Shown one piece after another: positions 17,062 through 25,650 of a DNA stretch of 33,622 bases; the stretch's first letter is position 1; each line of letters starts with the position of its first letter. A model generated the notes under the pieces. That model worked only from the letters and a program-made list of their open reading frames with translations, was not told the DNA's origin and did no database searches. The DNA is from a virus (Duplodnaviria; Caudoviricetes): IMG/VR virus record IMGVR_UViG_3300027994_000012, positions 1-33,622 of that record; one strand, given 5' to 3'. A program made the position numbers and the translations under genes.

Positions 17062-18450
17062 ATGCATGTTGTAATCAATGGCAAACGCTACGTTGAACAA
17101 ACAAATAATAAAAACTTTTCAATAGGCATTGGTATTACTACCCACAACCGCAACCAACTGGCGGCTGAAACCTATGCCAAGATAGCGGCACTGACACCTG
17201 ATGCAAAGATCGTGGTGGTGGATGACGCGAGCAAGACACCAGTAAAGATTGATGGTGATGTGTACCGCTTTGATAGTAACGTCGGCATTGCTCGAGCCAA
17301 AAATAAATGTCTTGAGTTGCTTGCCGATTGCGACCATATCTTTCTATTTGATGACGATACATACCCTATTGCCGCCAACTGGTGGGTGCCATACGTTGAG
17401 AGTAGCGAGAGCCACTTGATGTACTGCTTTAAAGATTGGGCTGATGGTACGCCAGTGGGTGATGATCACATTGTATACGAGGATGCAAAGCACGTTGCTC
17501 ATAGCCATGCGAGGGGCTGCATGTTATACATCAAGCACCGCGTACTCGACGTTGTGGGCGGCATGGATGTGCGTTTTGGCAAGGCAATGGATGAGCATGG
17601 TGATTGGTCAAACCGTATTCACAATGCTGGGCTTACCACATTTAAACATATGGATGTCATAGCAAGCGACCTGCTCATATACAGCATGGACCAACACAAA
17701 GAGGTGTCGAGTAGCATATCACCAGCCGATCGCACTGATGGCATCGTGAGAAACCATGCATTGCTAAAAGAGCGTACTGACTCAACAGAGTATGCACCAT
17801 ACGGCAAGGATGTCGTCATTGCATGTTACTTTGCCAATGTAATGGACCCTCAACGCAATCAAGCGTGGTTTGCCAACGAAAAAGAGATCGATAAGCTCAA
17901 GCAATCAGTTGAGTCAAAGGGCTATGAGTTCGTACTAATACACAACTGCTTTGACAAGCCAAACCGCGTCACCATATCAACCACACCGTACTTTGAACGC
18001 TGGCTCAAAGAGTGGCAATACCTGCGTGATCATCCCGAGATAGCTAATGTATTTGTTGTCGATGCCACCGACGTCGACATGGTGAACAATCCATTTACTC
18101 ACATCAAGCCAAACACGCTATATGTTGGCGATGAGCCGAGCCAAAAGCTTAATAATCAATGGATGCTCACACGGCATCTTGAGCCGTCGGTCAATAGGTT
18201 TTTACGAGAGAATAGAGATAAACCATTACTTAATTGCGGCGTTGTTGGTGGTGATCGGCAGATCATCATGGACCTATGCAAAGACATGTTTGAATATCAT
18301 TTTGAACACCGCCAAGACCTCACCGAGATGGGTATATTCAACAAGCTGGTGCATGGCAAATACGCCGACCGCGTTGAATATGGGCGGCATGTAACATCAA
18401 TATTTAAGAAATACGAGGTGGTAACTGATGCTTGGTTCAGACACAAATAA
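17062..18450 (+). CDS. Two-domain glycosyltransferase (GT2/GT-A N-terminal domain plus second GT-like domain)
   Basis: IGITTHNR..VVVDDAS..GIARAKNKCL..FLFDDD..GGMD; C-terminal VVDATDV..LYVGDE..LLNCGVVGG. Confidence 0.88.
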   Translation: MHVVINGKRYVEQTNNKNFSIGIGITTHNRNQLAAETYAKIAALTPDAKIVVVDDASKTPVKIDGDVYRFDSNVGIARAKNKCLELLADCDHIFLFDDDTYPIAANWWVPYVESSESHLMYCFKDWADGTPVGDDHIVYEDAKHVAHSHARGCMLYIKHRVLDVVGGMDVRFGKAMDEHGDWSNRIHNAGLTTFKHMDVIASDLLIYSMDQHKEVSSSISPADRTDGIVRNHALLKERTDSTEYAPYGKDVVIACYFANVMDPQRNQAWFANEKEIDKLKQSVESKGYEFVLIHNCFDKPNRVTISTTPYFERWLKEWQYLRDHPEIANVFVVDATDVDMVNNPFTHIKPNTLYVGDEPSQKLNNQWMLTRHLEPSVNRFLRENRDKPLLNCGVVGGDRQIIMDLCKDMFEYHFEHRQDLTEMGIFNKLVHGKYADRVEYGRHVTSIFKKYEVVTDAWFRHK

Positions 18451-19090
18451 AACGATCAATGCGTGGTGGTGGCGTACTAATAAAAAGCCATATAACTTTG
18501 GCGATGAGCTGGGTGCGCTGATACTCACAAAGCTGGGTTATAAAGTGCGCCGCGTGGCGCTATCGAAAGCCGACGTTGTGATCATCGGCACTATACTTGA
18601 TATAGCAGAAACAGAAAACAAAAACGTCACTGTATTGGGCGCTGGCTCTGGCTATACCCATGACAGTGAACACAATTTTAATACACTTGCCGTGAGAGGT
18701 CAGCTTACACAAAACAATCTCAAGAGCAATGCAATATTGGGCGATCTCGGTTTATTGGCATCGAGAATATGGACCAAGGCGCCAGCACGCTACAATATCG
18801 GCGTTGTACGGCATTATGTCGACAAAGATGATTACCCATTCGCTGACATCATAATCGACGCAACAGAGTCGCCAGAAACGGTCATTGAGAAAATATCGAG
18901 CTGTCGTGTCATCCTATCAAGCTCATTGCACGGTTTGATCATTGCCGACTCATACGGCATACCAAATATGCGCATTGCTCGTGATGACGTCATTAGCGGC
19001 AACTGGAAATGGATGGACTATAAAACAGCTTTCATAAAGCCACTCAATGAGATACAAGATGACTTGCTCGAGGCTATTGATAAATTATGA
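18428..19090 (+). CDS. Polysaccharide pyruvyltransferase family protein
   Basis: NFGDEL, GTIL, AVRGQLT, GDLGLL, SSSLHGLIIADSYGIP motifs. Confidence 0.85.
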   Translation: MLGSDTNKTINAWWWRTNKKPYNFGDELGALILTKLGYKVRRVALSKADVVIIGTILDIAETENKNVTVLGAGSGYTHDSEHNFNTLAVRGQLTQNNLKSNAILGDLGLLASRIWTKAPARYNIGVVRHYVDKDDYPFADIIIDATESPETVIEKISSCRVILSSSLHGLIIADSYGIPNMRIARDDVISGNWKWMDYKTAFIKPLNEIQDDLLEAIDKL

Positions 19091-19284
19091 TCTATCCCGA
19101 TTATGTCGACGCTTACCCAAGAAACGCCGTTGTACTCAATATAGGATATGAGCAACGCACCAGAGCAGAGAAACGCCAACCGTCAAATAAAGGCGTGCCA
19201 TTCAGCAAGAGCAGTAAGCGTCAATTACCAAAACGCCGTAAATACCACAAAGGCGGTCATAACAAAGATCGGTACCACAAATGA
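19087..19284 (+). CDS. Small basic hypothetical protein (65 aa)
   Basis: ATGA overlaps with both neighbours; K/R/H-rich C-terminus. Confidence 0.6.
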   Translation: MIYPDYVDAYPRNAVVLNIGYEQRTRAEKRQPSNKGVPFSKSSKRQLPKRRKYHKGGHNKDRYHK

Positions 19285-19919
19285 AAATATCAATCGCAAT
19301 CATGGCGCACCCGAGTCGGACCGCTCAAGCAAATGCACTGTATAAAAAAGTTATTCAATACCCTTTTGCTGCGCCTCAAATAATATGGGATGAGCAAAAC
19401 AGTGAGTGGCATACAGGTCGTCGAGCATTGGCTTATGGCATCGGCAAGGCTGATGTGCATGTCGTACTACAAGATGACGCGATAATCAATGAACACTTTT
19501 TCACTAACCTCACCCGAGCATTGAGAGCGGCACCATTGAGAACATGTGTATCGCTTTATACTGGCACTGTGCGACCATTCAACGATCGAGTGACAAGAGC
19601 TGTCGCAAGTGCGCCAGATGGCTCATGGTTGAGCGGCTACTTGCTGTTTTGGGGCGTTGCCATTGCATTACCGTCGGACCATATAGAGCCATTGCTCGAG
19701 TTTTGTGATGCTGATGATGACCCATATGATACACGCATCGGCAAGTTTTATTTTGGTAATACGTTGCGAGTGCTATATACAAACCCCTCTCTTGTCGACC
19801 ATGATGACGATATTGAAACAATAGTCGGTCAACGTGCCGATTTACCGCAAGGGCGGCGTGTGGCTCGTAATATGATCAATAAAGACCATAACTGGACCGA
19901 TCAAATAACTGCAATTTAA
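19281..19919 (+). CDS. Phage glycosyltransferase-like protein (GT-A fold)
   Basis: IAIMAHPSR..VVLQDDA..WGVA..PSLVDHDD motifs as in actinophage glycosyltransferases. Confidence 0.75.
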   Translation: MKISIAIMAHPSRTAQANALYKKVIQYPFAAPQIIWDEQNSEWHTGRRALAYGIGKADVHVVLQDDAIINEHFFTNLTRALRAAPLRTCVSLYTGTVRPFNDRVTRAVASAPDGSWLSGYLLFWGVAIALPSDHIEPLLEFCDADDDPYDTRIGKFYFGNTLRVLYTNPSLVDHDDDIETIVGQRADLPQGRRVARNMINKDHNWTDQITAI

Positions 19920-19943
19920 AAGCGCCCCATCACGAGGCGCTTT
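19918..19943. terminator. Bidirectional terminator between converging operons
   Basis: AAAGCGCC-N9-GGCGCTTT. Confidence 0.8.
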
Positions 19944-19947
19944 GCTC

Positions 19948-20038
19948 CACATCCATAAAGGCTCTCACGCCTATGGTGTGCGACTGGCAATATACCAATT
20001 TCTTCATTACGCCCCAAGTCCACATTGGCGTGCCGCAC
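19948..20038 (-). ncRNA. Candidate structured RNA with tRNA-like acceptor stem and ACCA end
   Basis: GTGCGGC/GTCGCAC 7-bp stem followed by ACCA (20038-19974), two internal hairpins, then CACACCATA-GGC-GTGAGA-GCC..TATGG-A-TGTG hairpin. Confidence 0.4.
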
Positions 20039-20041
20039 TAC

Positions 20042-20311
20042 TTAAACATATAGCGTATGACCGCATTTATTACAATGATATTTAAAATTGTAATACTCCA
20101 TATTTTTATTGCCGCACTCGACACACGTTGCTCGCCATGTTGATTGATCGTCAATATCAAACGGCTTGCGCTTGTGTTTTGTCTTGAGCCTATATAACGT
20201 ATTTTCTTTGGGGCATCGATATATATTTCGGCGCCCCTCGACATTTGCTTTCTCAAGCTCAGTTTTACAGCTCGGGCATAACATTTTTGGCGTTTCTATA
20301 TTTTGCGACAT
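20042..20311 (-). CDS. Double Zn-ribbon protein
   Basis: CPSC..RCPKE and CVECG..CNKCG. Confidence 0.75.
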   Translation of the reverse strand: MSQNIETPKMLCPSCKTELEKANVEGRRNIYRCPKENTLYRLKTKHKRKPFDIDDQSTWRATCVECGNKNMEYYNFKYHCNKCGHTLYV

Positions 20312-20318
20312 AGGCTTT

Positions 20319-20669
20319 TTAGAACGCTTTTGAGTGTGAGTACATCTCAGATGCTATTTTACCTGTTAAATCACACACATCGTTGCGGAAACCATCAGGA
20401 AATGACTTACCCGATCGCAATACAATATGAAATGCCATTTGTGCTGAACACTTTGCAATCGTTGCAACAGTTTTATCAAGCAAATACATTCTGCCGCACT
20501 CTTCGCCGTCTTGAGCAAATGTGATATGCGACTCAGTACCGTTGTGAGCCTCTTGGCGATCACTACGCAATGCCGACAGTAAATCTTGCTCGGTTGCGTA
20601 TCGCCAAACTTTAAACCAATGCCTTTTGCCGTCATACTGCAAATCGATGATTTGTGGTGCGCCCATCAT
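20319..20669 (-). CDS. Hypothetical protein
   Basis: Coupled ORF in early operon. Confidence 0.65.
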   Translation of the reverse strand: MMGAPQIIDLQYDGKRHWFKVWRYATEQDLLSALRSDRQEAHNGTESHITFAQDGEECGRMYLLDKTVATIAKCSAQMAFHIVLRSGKSFPDGFRNDVCDLTGKIASEMYSHSKAF

Positions 20670-21052
20670 GATCGTGCAATCTCTTCAAAGCTTTTTTTGC
20701 AATAGTGACACCACTTGTGGTCATAATCACCCTCGGACCAGCTGACGATATTACCAACAGGGCAATACACAAACTTTTGATCAACGTATGTCATGCCAGT
20801 AAAGTGTACGTTTTCAAAGTGCCTGATATAGCTGCCTTGTACGATATATGCCTCAAGCACCTTGCGAGCCGTTGCCGCGCCAGCACGCCGACCATAAAAG
20901 ATCGGCGTTTTACCAGCTGCTATCATCTTGATCAATTCGACCTGATGCGGCATGAGTGTAATACCCATAATATTCGTTGCAAACTTTTCAATGTCGAGTG
21001 CCGTTTGCTCGGCACTGTTTGCGGTCATGTGGTCAATCTCTCGATCACTCAT
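20666..21052 (-). CDS. Hypothetical protein with terminase-ATPase-like N-terminal segment and Cys-rich tail
   Basis: FATNIMGITLMPHQ..GRRAGAA; CPVG..WCHYC. Confidence 0.6.
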   Translation of the reverse strand: MSDREIDHMTANSAEQTALDIEKFATNIMGITLMPHQVELIKMIAAGKTPIFYGRRAGAATARKVLEAYIVQGSYIRHFENVHFTGMTYVDQKFVYCPVGNIVSWSEGDYDHKWCHYCKKSFEEIARS

Positions 21053-21056
21053 ATTG

Positions 21057-21485
21057 TCATTCCTCCGTTGCTGCGATTAGTGCATCGACTTCGGGTTGAT
21101 AACCAGAGCCTTTACGGACCAATAGAGCTTGCCAGTCGCTATTTTCCATCTTTACCTCGGCAAACCCTGCACCCTCTGGCATACCAGCTGTAAAGCGATG
21201 TACGATGCCACCGACGATATACATTTGTGATGCCATCTCGAGCTTGTCAAAGCCCTCACCGAGCCGTTTGACTCCATAGTATTCAAACATGTGACCAATG
21301 AGGTTTGTGAGCTTATCAACGTCTTTTACCTCGTCAGCCTCAAGCCCATCGTCGTTCTCTTCGTCTTGTACCATTGATACCAGTTTCGCGTAACTGTACC
21401 CTGTGTGAGCCTTGGCAATGGCATCTTGCAACGCCTCTTGCATTGTTTTCTTACCCCAAAGTTTTTCGTACTCTTCTTGTTTCAT
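21057..21485 (-). CDS. Hypothetical acidic protein
   Basis: GAGG SD; tightly packed ORF. Confidence 0.7.
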   Translation of the reverse strand: MKQEEYEKLWGKKTMQEALQDAIAKAHTGYSYAKLVSMVQDEENDDGLEADEVKDVDKLTNLIGHMFEYYGVKRLGEGFDKLEMASQMYIVGGIVHRFTAGMPEGAGFAEVKMENSDWQALLVRKGSGYQPEVDALIAATEE

Positions 21486-21486
21486 A

Positions 21487-21846
21487 TCAACCTCGATCTT
21501 TCACAAATACTTTTAATGTTTTGCCGTTATCCTGATAGCTCAAATCGATTGCAATGATGCTGCGCTCTGGGTTGCTACTAACAGTATATACCCGACCACC
21601 CATGATGCCGCTGCCGTCGCATTTACTGCATGGCATCTCTTTGTATTCACCCTTGACGAGTCGGTTTTCGAGCTTGCGCCCACGGCACCAGACACACTCT
21701 CGGTGGTCGATGACTTCAAACCGATCGACTGCGTTTACGACATCAGCCCTGTCGTTGATAGCTTTTGCCTCGCCGTTCTCTTTGCCGATTATATACATCA
21801 TTGCCGACCATGCGAGCGCTACAATAACGATTATTACCTCAGTCAC
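21487..21846 (-). CDS. Membrane-anchored protein with DnaJ-type Zn finger
   Basis: N-terminal TM; CVWCRG..CSKCDGSG. Confidence 0.7.
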   Translation of the reverse strand: MTEVIIVIVALAWSAMMYIIGKENGEAKAINDRADVVNAVDRFEVIDHRECVWCRGRKLENRLVKGEYKEMPCSKCDGSGIMGGRVYTVSSNPERSIIAIDLSYQDNGKTLKVFVKDRG

Positions 21847-21848
21847 AA

Positions 21849-22169
21849 TCAGCCTCGCTTGTAATATGTGCCGACAGTCGACTTTAAAGTTTTTGATTTA
21901 TCAAGCCATTCGTCGATGGTTTCAAACTTGATGCGGCGCTCCATGTATTTGCCGTTGCGCTGGCTTTCAAACATGTCGGGGTTTTCGCTTTGCAATTCAC
22001 TCATGCGAGCGCTTGCCTCATAGCCGACGAAAAACTTGCCGCCCTGCATAAAGTCTTGAGGTAACCACCACTTTTTATCTGGGTTACTGCACATCTCGGC
22101 AACGATCTTTTGCTGTTGTGTCAAACCGCCTTTCACTGGGTCGGCTGGTGGGGGTGTTACTTGTGGCAT
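21849..22169 (-). CDS. Winged-helix DNA-binding protein (putative)
   Basis: LTQQQKIV..GYEASARMSEL pattern; AAGGAG SD. Confidence 0.55.
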   Translation of the reverse strand: MPQVTPPPADPVKGGLTQQQKIVAEMCSNPDKKWWLPQDFMQGGKFFVGYEASARMSELQSENPDMFESQRNGKYMERRIKFETIDEWLDKSKTLKSTVGTYYKRG

Positions 22170-22170
22170 G

Positions 22171-22542
22171 TTACAATCTCCTTAATTCTTTTCTTAATTG
22201 AGCGAGCAATTGCGGTGATGCAACCATCTCATCTTTGAGTAATGCGTATGATGTGCGGTACTTGCCGTCTTTCTTGGTTTCGTCGTCAATGACCTCTTGG
22301 TATGCCTCTGGTGACGCGTATTTCAGCCCACCGTCGTCGACAAACTCGATGTCGCAATATTCAACACTTTTAACATGATCGGCAATCTCTTCGCGGCTCA
22401 TATTGCCTTTGCCCCAGCGACCAAATCGCCAGCTGGCGTACTCAGTTGCGTGAGTGAGCCATGACTTGTAATTGTTACCGACGATGATTTTTACGTCATC
22501 CATAAATGTCACTTGATATGTACCTAGCTTTGCTTTTGCCAT
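22171..22542 (-). CDS. Hypothetical protein
   Basis: ATG 22542 with GGAGG SD. Confidence 0.7.
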   Translation of the reverse strand: MAKAKLGTYQVTFMDDVKIIVGNNYKSWLTHATEYASWRFGRWGKGNMSREEIADHVKSVEYCDIEFVDDGGLKYASPEAYQEVIDDETKKDGKYRTSYALLKDEMVASPQLLAQLRKELRRL

Positions 22543-22543
22543 G

Positions 22544-23101
22544 TTATTGCCCTCCAATTTGCTTTTGTATTTGAACGTGCGGCATGTCGGCTGCCATCAT
22601 CATTACTCGCTCGGCGCGGCGTAACTCATCGGCTGTCGGCAATTTCATCTCTTGTGGCTCGTCATCGCTGTCGTACTGCGAAAATAGCCGATTACGCTGC
22701 ACAAATGCGCTGCGTATTTCTTCGATCATTTGCTTGCGCACTTTGCGATATTCTCGTAAATAGATGTGAGCCGCGTTCAATGTTTCAATGTGCTTTGCCG
22801 CTGTTGTCGTGTAGATAAAGTATTTGAGCTTTCGATTAAAACGCAAATCGTCGTGGTCTTTTGTAACTGCAAATCTGAAACAGACTTGTGCAAGCATATC
22901 CTCTTCGTCGATCGTGCGCCATTTAATGTGTAGCTCATAGCGCTTATATTGCTCGGTATCTTCAGACATCAGCTCGTCAAAATCAATATTTTCTCGAGTG
23001 CATATCTTTCGGACCAGCGCAATTGCTGCATCCTTTTCGCCGCCGATACCTTGTTTTGCAAGAGCAACGATTTTTAATAACTTTGGGTCAATATCGCTCA
23101 T
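22544..23101 (-). CDS. Hypothetical protein with DUF2786-like N-terminus
   Basis: KIVALAKQGIGGEKDAAIALVRKI pattern. Confidence 0.6.
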   Translation of the reverse strand: MSDIDPKLLKIVALAKQGIGGEKDAAIALVRKICTRENIDFDELMSEDTEQYKRYELHIKWRTIDEEDMLAQVCFRFAVTKDHDDLRFNRKLKYFIYTTTAAKHIETLNAAHIYLREYRKVRKQMIEEIRSAFVQRNRLFSQYDSDDEPQEMKLPTADELRRAERVMMMAADMPHVQIQKQIGGQ

Positions 23102-23104
23102 GCA

Positions 23105-23731
23105 CTATGCCTCTCTCAAGAAAGCATGTACGGCTTTCGGGTTATTTTTGGTGTCTTTTTTTGACCAACTAAACATGTGGGTACTATCGCTCTCATGGTC
23201 AAACTCTGCTTTGCGCCATACGAGTAATCGCTCTTCGATGTCACGATCTTCGGAAAGGTCGCCATCGTCAACCCAATCGCGCTCGTATCGACGTATCATG
23301 CGCAATGCTTTTTTGCGATCTTTAGTACCAATAACGACAGTAGTTGAGCCATCATCGCCAAGCGGTATGAGCTTTGCACTACCCTCGACGATTTCAAACT
23401 CGTGCGGCTCTAATTCGGGGCAATCCCATGCAATACGGCTACCCATAGGGTGCTTTATAGCGTACTCGAGCTGTTGCTTTTCTTTATCGGTCATCATACG
23501 ATCAAACCCTAATATCTCGCGTAATTCATTTTTGGTGTGATTGACACCTGCACGATGGTAATAATCAGCCACCATGTTTTGCAACTCGAGATAGCCTTGA
23601 CCCTCCAAACAGCGTTTTGCATTACGGATGCTGTTATCTGCATCATCAAGCTCAAGCTCGTTTAAATAGTCGACAATCGATTGCTTTTGACCATCAGTGA
23701 GCGTGTCAAATATCTTGGTGGTAAGTTTCAT
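23105..23731 (-). CDS. Hypothetical protein (208 aa)
   Basis: Coupled ORF, GAGG SD. Confidence 0.7.
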   Translation of the reverse strand: MKLTTKIFDTLTDGQKQSIVDYLNELELDDADNSIRNAKRCLEGQGYLELQNMVADYYHRAGVNHTKNELREILGFDRMMTDKEKQQLEYAIKHPMGSRIAWDCPELEPHEFEIVEGSAKLIPLGDDGSTTVVIGTKDRKKALRMIRRYERDWVDDGDLSEDRDIEERLLVWRKAEFDHESDSTHMFSWSKKDTKNNPKAVHAFLREA

Positions 23732-23973
23732 GACTCAACCTCAAACGTATCGAGCTGGTATGCTTGCACCTTTCGATGATCAGAAGTTTCGAGTAATAGC
23801 GATCGGTCAGCCCACTTTTTAACCTCTCCGCCAAAAATGTTTGATGAGGTGAGTATGACGTCACGATACCCTATGACCGTACCGATATAGTATTTCGCCT
23901 CTGTGTTATTGCCACGTTTCTCTTTGAAATATACTTTGCGACCAATTGCTTTGTCTTTTTGCTTGCCGATCAT
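23728..23973 (-). CDS. Hypothetical protein (81 aa)
   Basis: ATGA overlaps; AAGGAG SD. Confidence 0.65.
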   Translation of the reverse strand: MIGKQKDKAIGRKVYFKEKRGNNTEAKYYIGTVIGYRDVILTSSNIFGGEVKKWADRSLLLETSDHRKVQAYQLDTFEVES

Positions 23974-24365
23974 AATGCCATATACTCCTTTGCCGATAGG
24001 CTACCCTTTGCTTTGTTATCATAACCGCACGCTGGGTGAATGTTTGTGATGTCAAACTGTAAATCCTTGCGTCGGGCTTTGCTTAAATCATGCTCTAGTA
24101 CGATGGTGTCGACTGTCAGCCGTTTCGGGCATTGTGGGTGCTTTGAAATGTAACAGTACCAATAACCATCTTTATCTGGTGGGTTAGCCTCAAACCATTC
24201 AGCGGTGGTCGCTTGGCGCTTTTCGCGTGTCTTTACAGCCTCGGACCGTATACGATGCGTCGGGCGCGGTAACGGCGTTCTGGTGGCTATTGGCTTGCGA
24301 GGTTTGTGCTGCATACAGTAATCGCTATATGCTCGCTTGCCACATACTATGCATGATTTAGCCAT
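23970..24365 (-). CDS. HNH/NinG-like endonuclease
   Basis: CIVCG..YCMQH; WYCYI..CP..LEHDLSK..NIHPACGYDNKAKGS. Confidence 0.75.
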   Translation of the reverse strand: MAKSCIVCGKRAYSDYCMQHKPRKPIATRTPLPRPTHRIRSEAVKTREKRQATTAEWFEANPPDKDGYWYCYISKHPQCPKRLTVDTIVLEHDLSKARRKDLQFDITNIHPACGYDNKAKGSLSAKEYMAL

Positions 24366-24499
24366 TACTCTGGCGCCTCGAGCAAGTCGTATTTATCGTC
24401 TTTGCCGTTCCATACCCATCGCTCGCTTGTTGCTGGGTCGAGTAGTACATTTGCAAAGAAACCGCCTTTGCCATTTGGCACCCAATCAATGACGATCAT
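24365..24499 (-). CDS. Small hypothetical protein (44 aa)
   Basis: Fills gap with ATGA/TAATG overlaps; MIVIDWVPNGKGGFFANVLLDPATSERWVWNGKDDKYDLLEAPE. Confidence 0.6.
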   Translation of the reverse strand: MIVIDWVPNGKGGFFANVLLDPATSERWVWNGKDDKYDLLEAPE

Positions 24500-24732
24500 A
24501 TGCCAAGTACCTTTGCCATTTGCTCTGAAACTTTGATGTGATTGGCGTTTGCCTCATCGTGTATGCGCTCAAGCTCTTTGAAAGCGTTGCGGTATTGCTC
24601 TTTCGATTTCATCGGACCACCAGCCAATATGCGAGTGCAATACTCGGTGACGGCTGCATTATGGTTTAGTGAGATCAACAATAAGCTGTTTAGGTAACCT
24701 TGCATCTTGAGATCATCGGTTAATGCATCCAT
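24496..24732 (-). CDS. Hypothetical protein (78 aa)
   Basis: TAATG-coupled start at 24732. Confidence 0.6.
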   Translation of the reverse strand: MDALTDDLKMQGYLNSLLLISLNHNAAVTEYCTRILAGGPMKSKEQYRNAFKELERIHDEANANHIKVSEQMAKVLGI

Positions 24733-24992
24733 TACTTTACACCCCCATATACTTTGCTTATCCATACGGTCGTTGGTCGCTTTGACTTTCGGCTCGTCGG
24801 CTGTTTTTCAATTAGCCCTTTGCGCTGCGCCGCTTGCATTGCTGGACCAAGAGGCGAGTAATTTGATAGACCCTTGCCGTGACGCTCTAGGTCACCAATG
24901 ATCATATCGCTGGTAATGTACTGGTTGTGTTTGGCGATCTCTTCGATGCGTTCGTCGACGAAATCGCGCCATACTGCATCTCTGGCTGTCAT
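24732..24992 (-). CDS. Hypothetical protein, possible winged helix
   Basis: LGPAMQAAQRKGLIEK..VWISK. Confidence 0.6.
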   Translation of the reverse strand: MTARDAVWRDFVDERIEEIAKHNQYITSDMIIGDLERHGKGLSNYSPLGPAMQAAQRKGLIEKQPTSRKSKRPTTVWISKVYGGVK

Positions 24993-25252
24993 TAGAACGG
25001 TACCTCATTACTCAGTTGATCAAGCACACTTTCATCGCCAGTATGCAAGTATGTGTCGATGATTTCGCCGTTTTCTTCGGTGTGTGCATATAGCTTGCCT
25101 TTCACCTTAAATACCAGCGCAACCAACCCATTGCTGTGTACGACCTTACCAGCAATACCAGTCATTACTTTTTGCCTTTCGAGCCAAGCACCGCTATCGC
25201 AAGCAATGCCGCCCAAAACATTAACGCTACCACTTGCCAAAATAGTTGCCAC
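24992..25252 (-). CDS. Hypothetical protein
   Basis: Coupled ORF ending EVPF. Confidence 0.55.
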   Translation of the reverse strand: MATILASGSVNVLGGIACDSGAWLERQKVMTGIAGKVVHSNGLVALVFKVKGKLYAHTEENGEIIDTYLHTGDESVLDQLSNEVPF

Positions 25253-25258
25253 TCCATA

Positions 25259-25645
25259 TTATTTGACCTCCGTTACTTTTATGTTTGGGTTACATACCCA
25301 TGGTGCTTGAATTGCAAAATACTTTTCAGCGGTCACAACAATTTTTACGCTCTTGTCTTGCGCTGCACGGTTGACTAAATCTTTGTACGGTGAGTTTGGT
25401 GGCAAACAATATGTGCTTTGGTTTTCTTCGGTGACTGGTGTGTTTTCGCCAGCCCTCACGCTAAAGTGAGTATTGCCGCCAAACAAGCTATCGTTGCTCG
25501 TGTTGTATGCGATGCCAGATACCACCGAGTTTGATGGCTGAAATCGCACAAACAATATTGCAAAAATGATCAGTGGCACTATGATGATGAAACCTAGCCC
25601 AAACAATACATCGCTATCGATATAACCTCTTTGATTTGTTTTCAC
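25259..25645 (-). CDS. Single-TM membrane protein with extracytoplasmic domain
   Basis: LFGLGFIIIVPLIIFAILFV; two Cys; AAAGG SD. Confidence 0.7.
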   Translation of the reverse strand: MKTNQRGYIDSDVLFGLGFIIIVPLIIFAILFVRFQPSNSVVSGIAYNTSNDSLFGGNTHFSVRAGENTPVTEENQSTYCLPPNSPYKDLVNRAAQDKSVKIVVTAEKYFAIQAPWVCNPNIKVTEVK

Positions 25646-25650
25646 GATAT

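Noticed and set aside
19981-20012. Hammerhead-like motif on minus strand (GTAATGA-A-GAAA..CCAGTC)
   Set aside because: Core CUGANGA is mismatched at two invariant positions and stem II is absent.
19974-20038. Canonical tRNA gene
   Set aside because: No anticodon stem and no TTCRA T-loop; reported only as tRNA-like.
8143-21538. CCTGATAG matches at 8143 and 21531 as extra targets of the candidate sRNA
   Set aside because: 8-9 nt matches inside coding regions occur at chance frequency.
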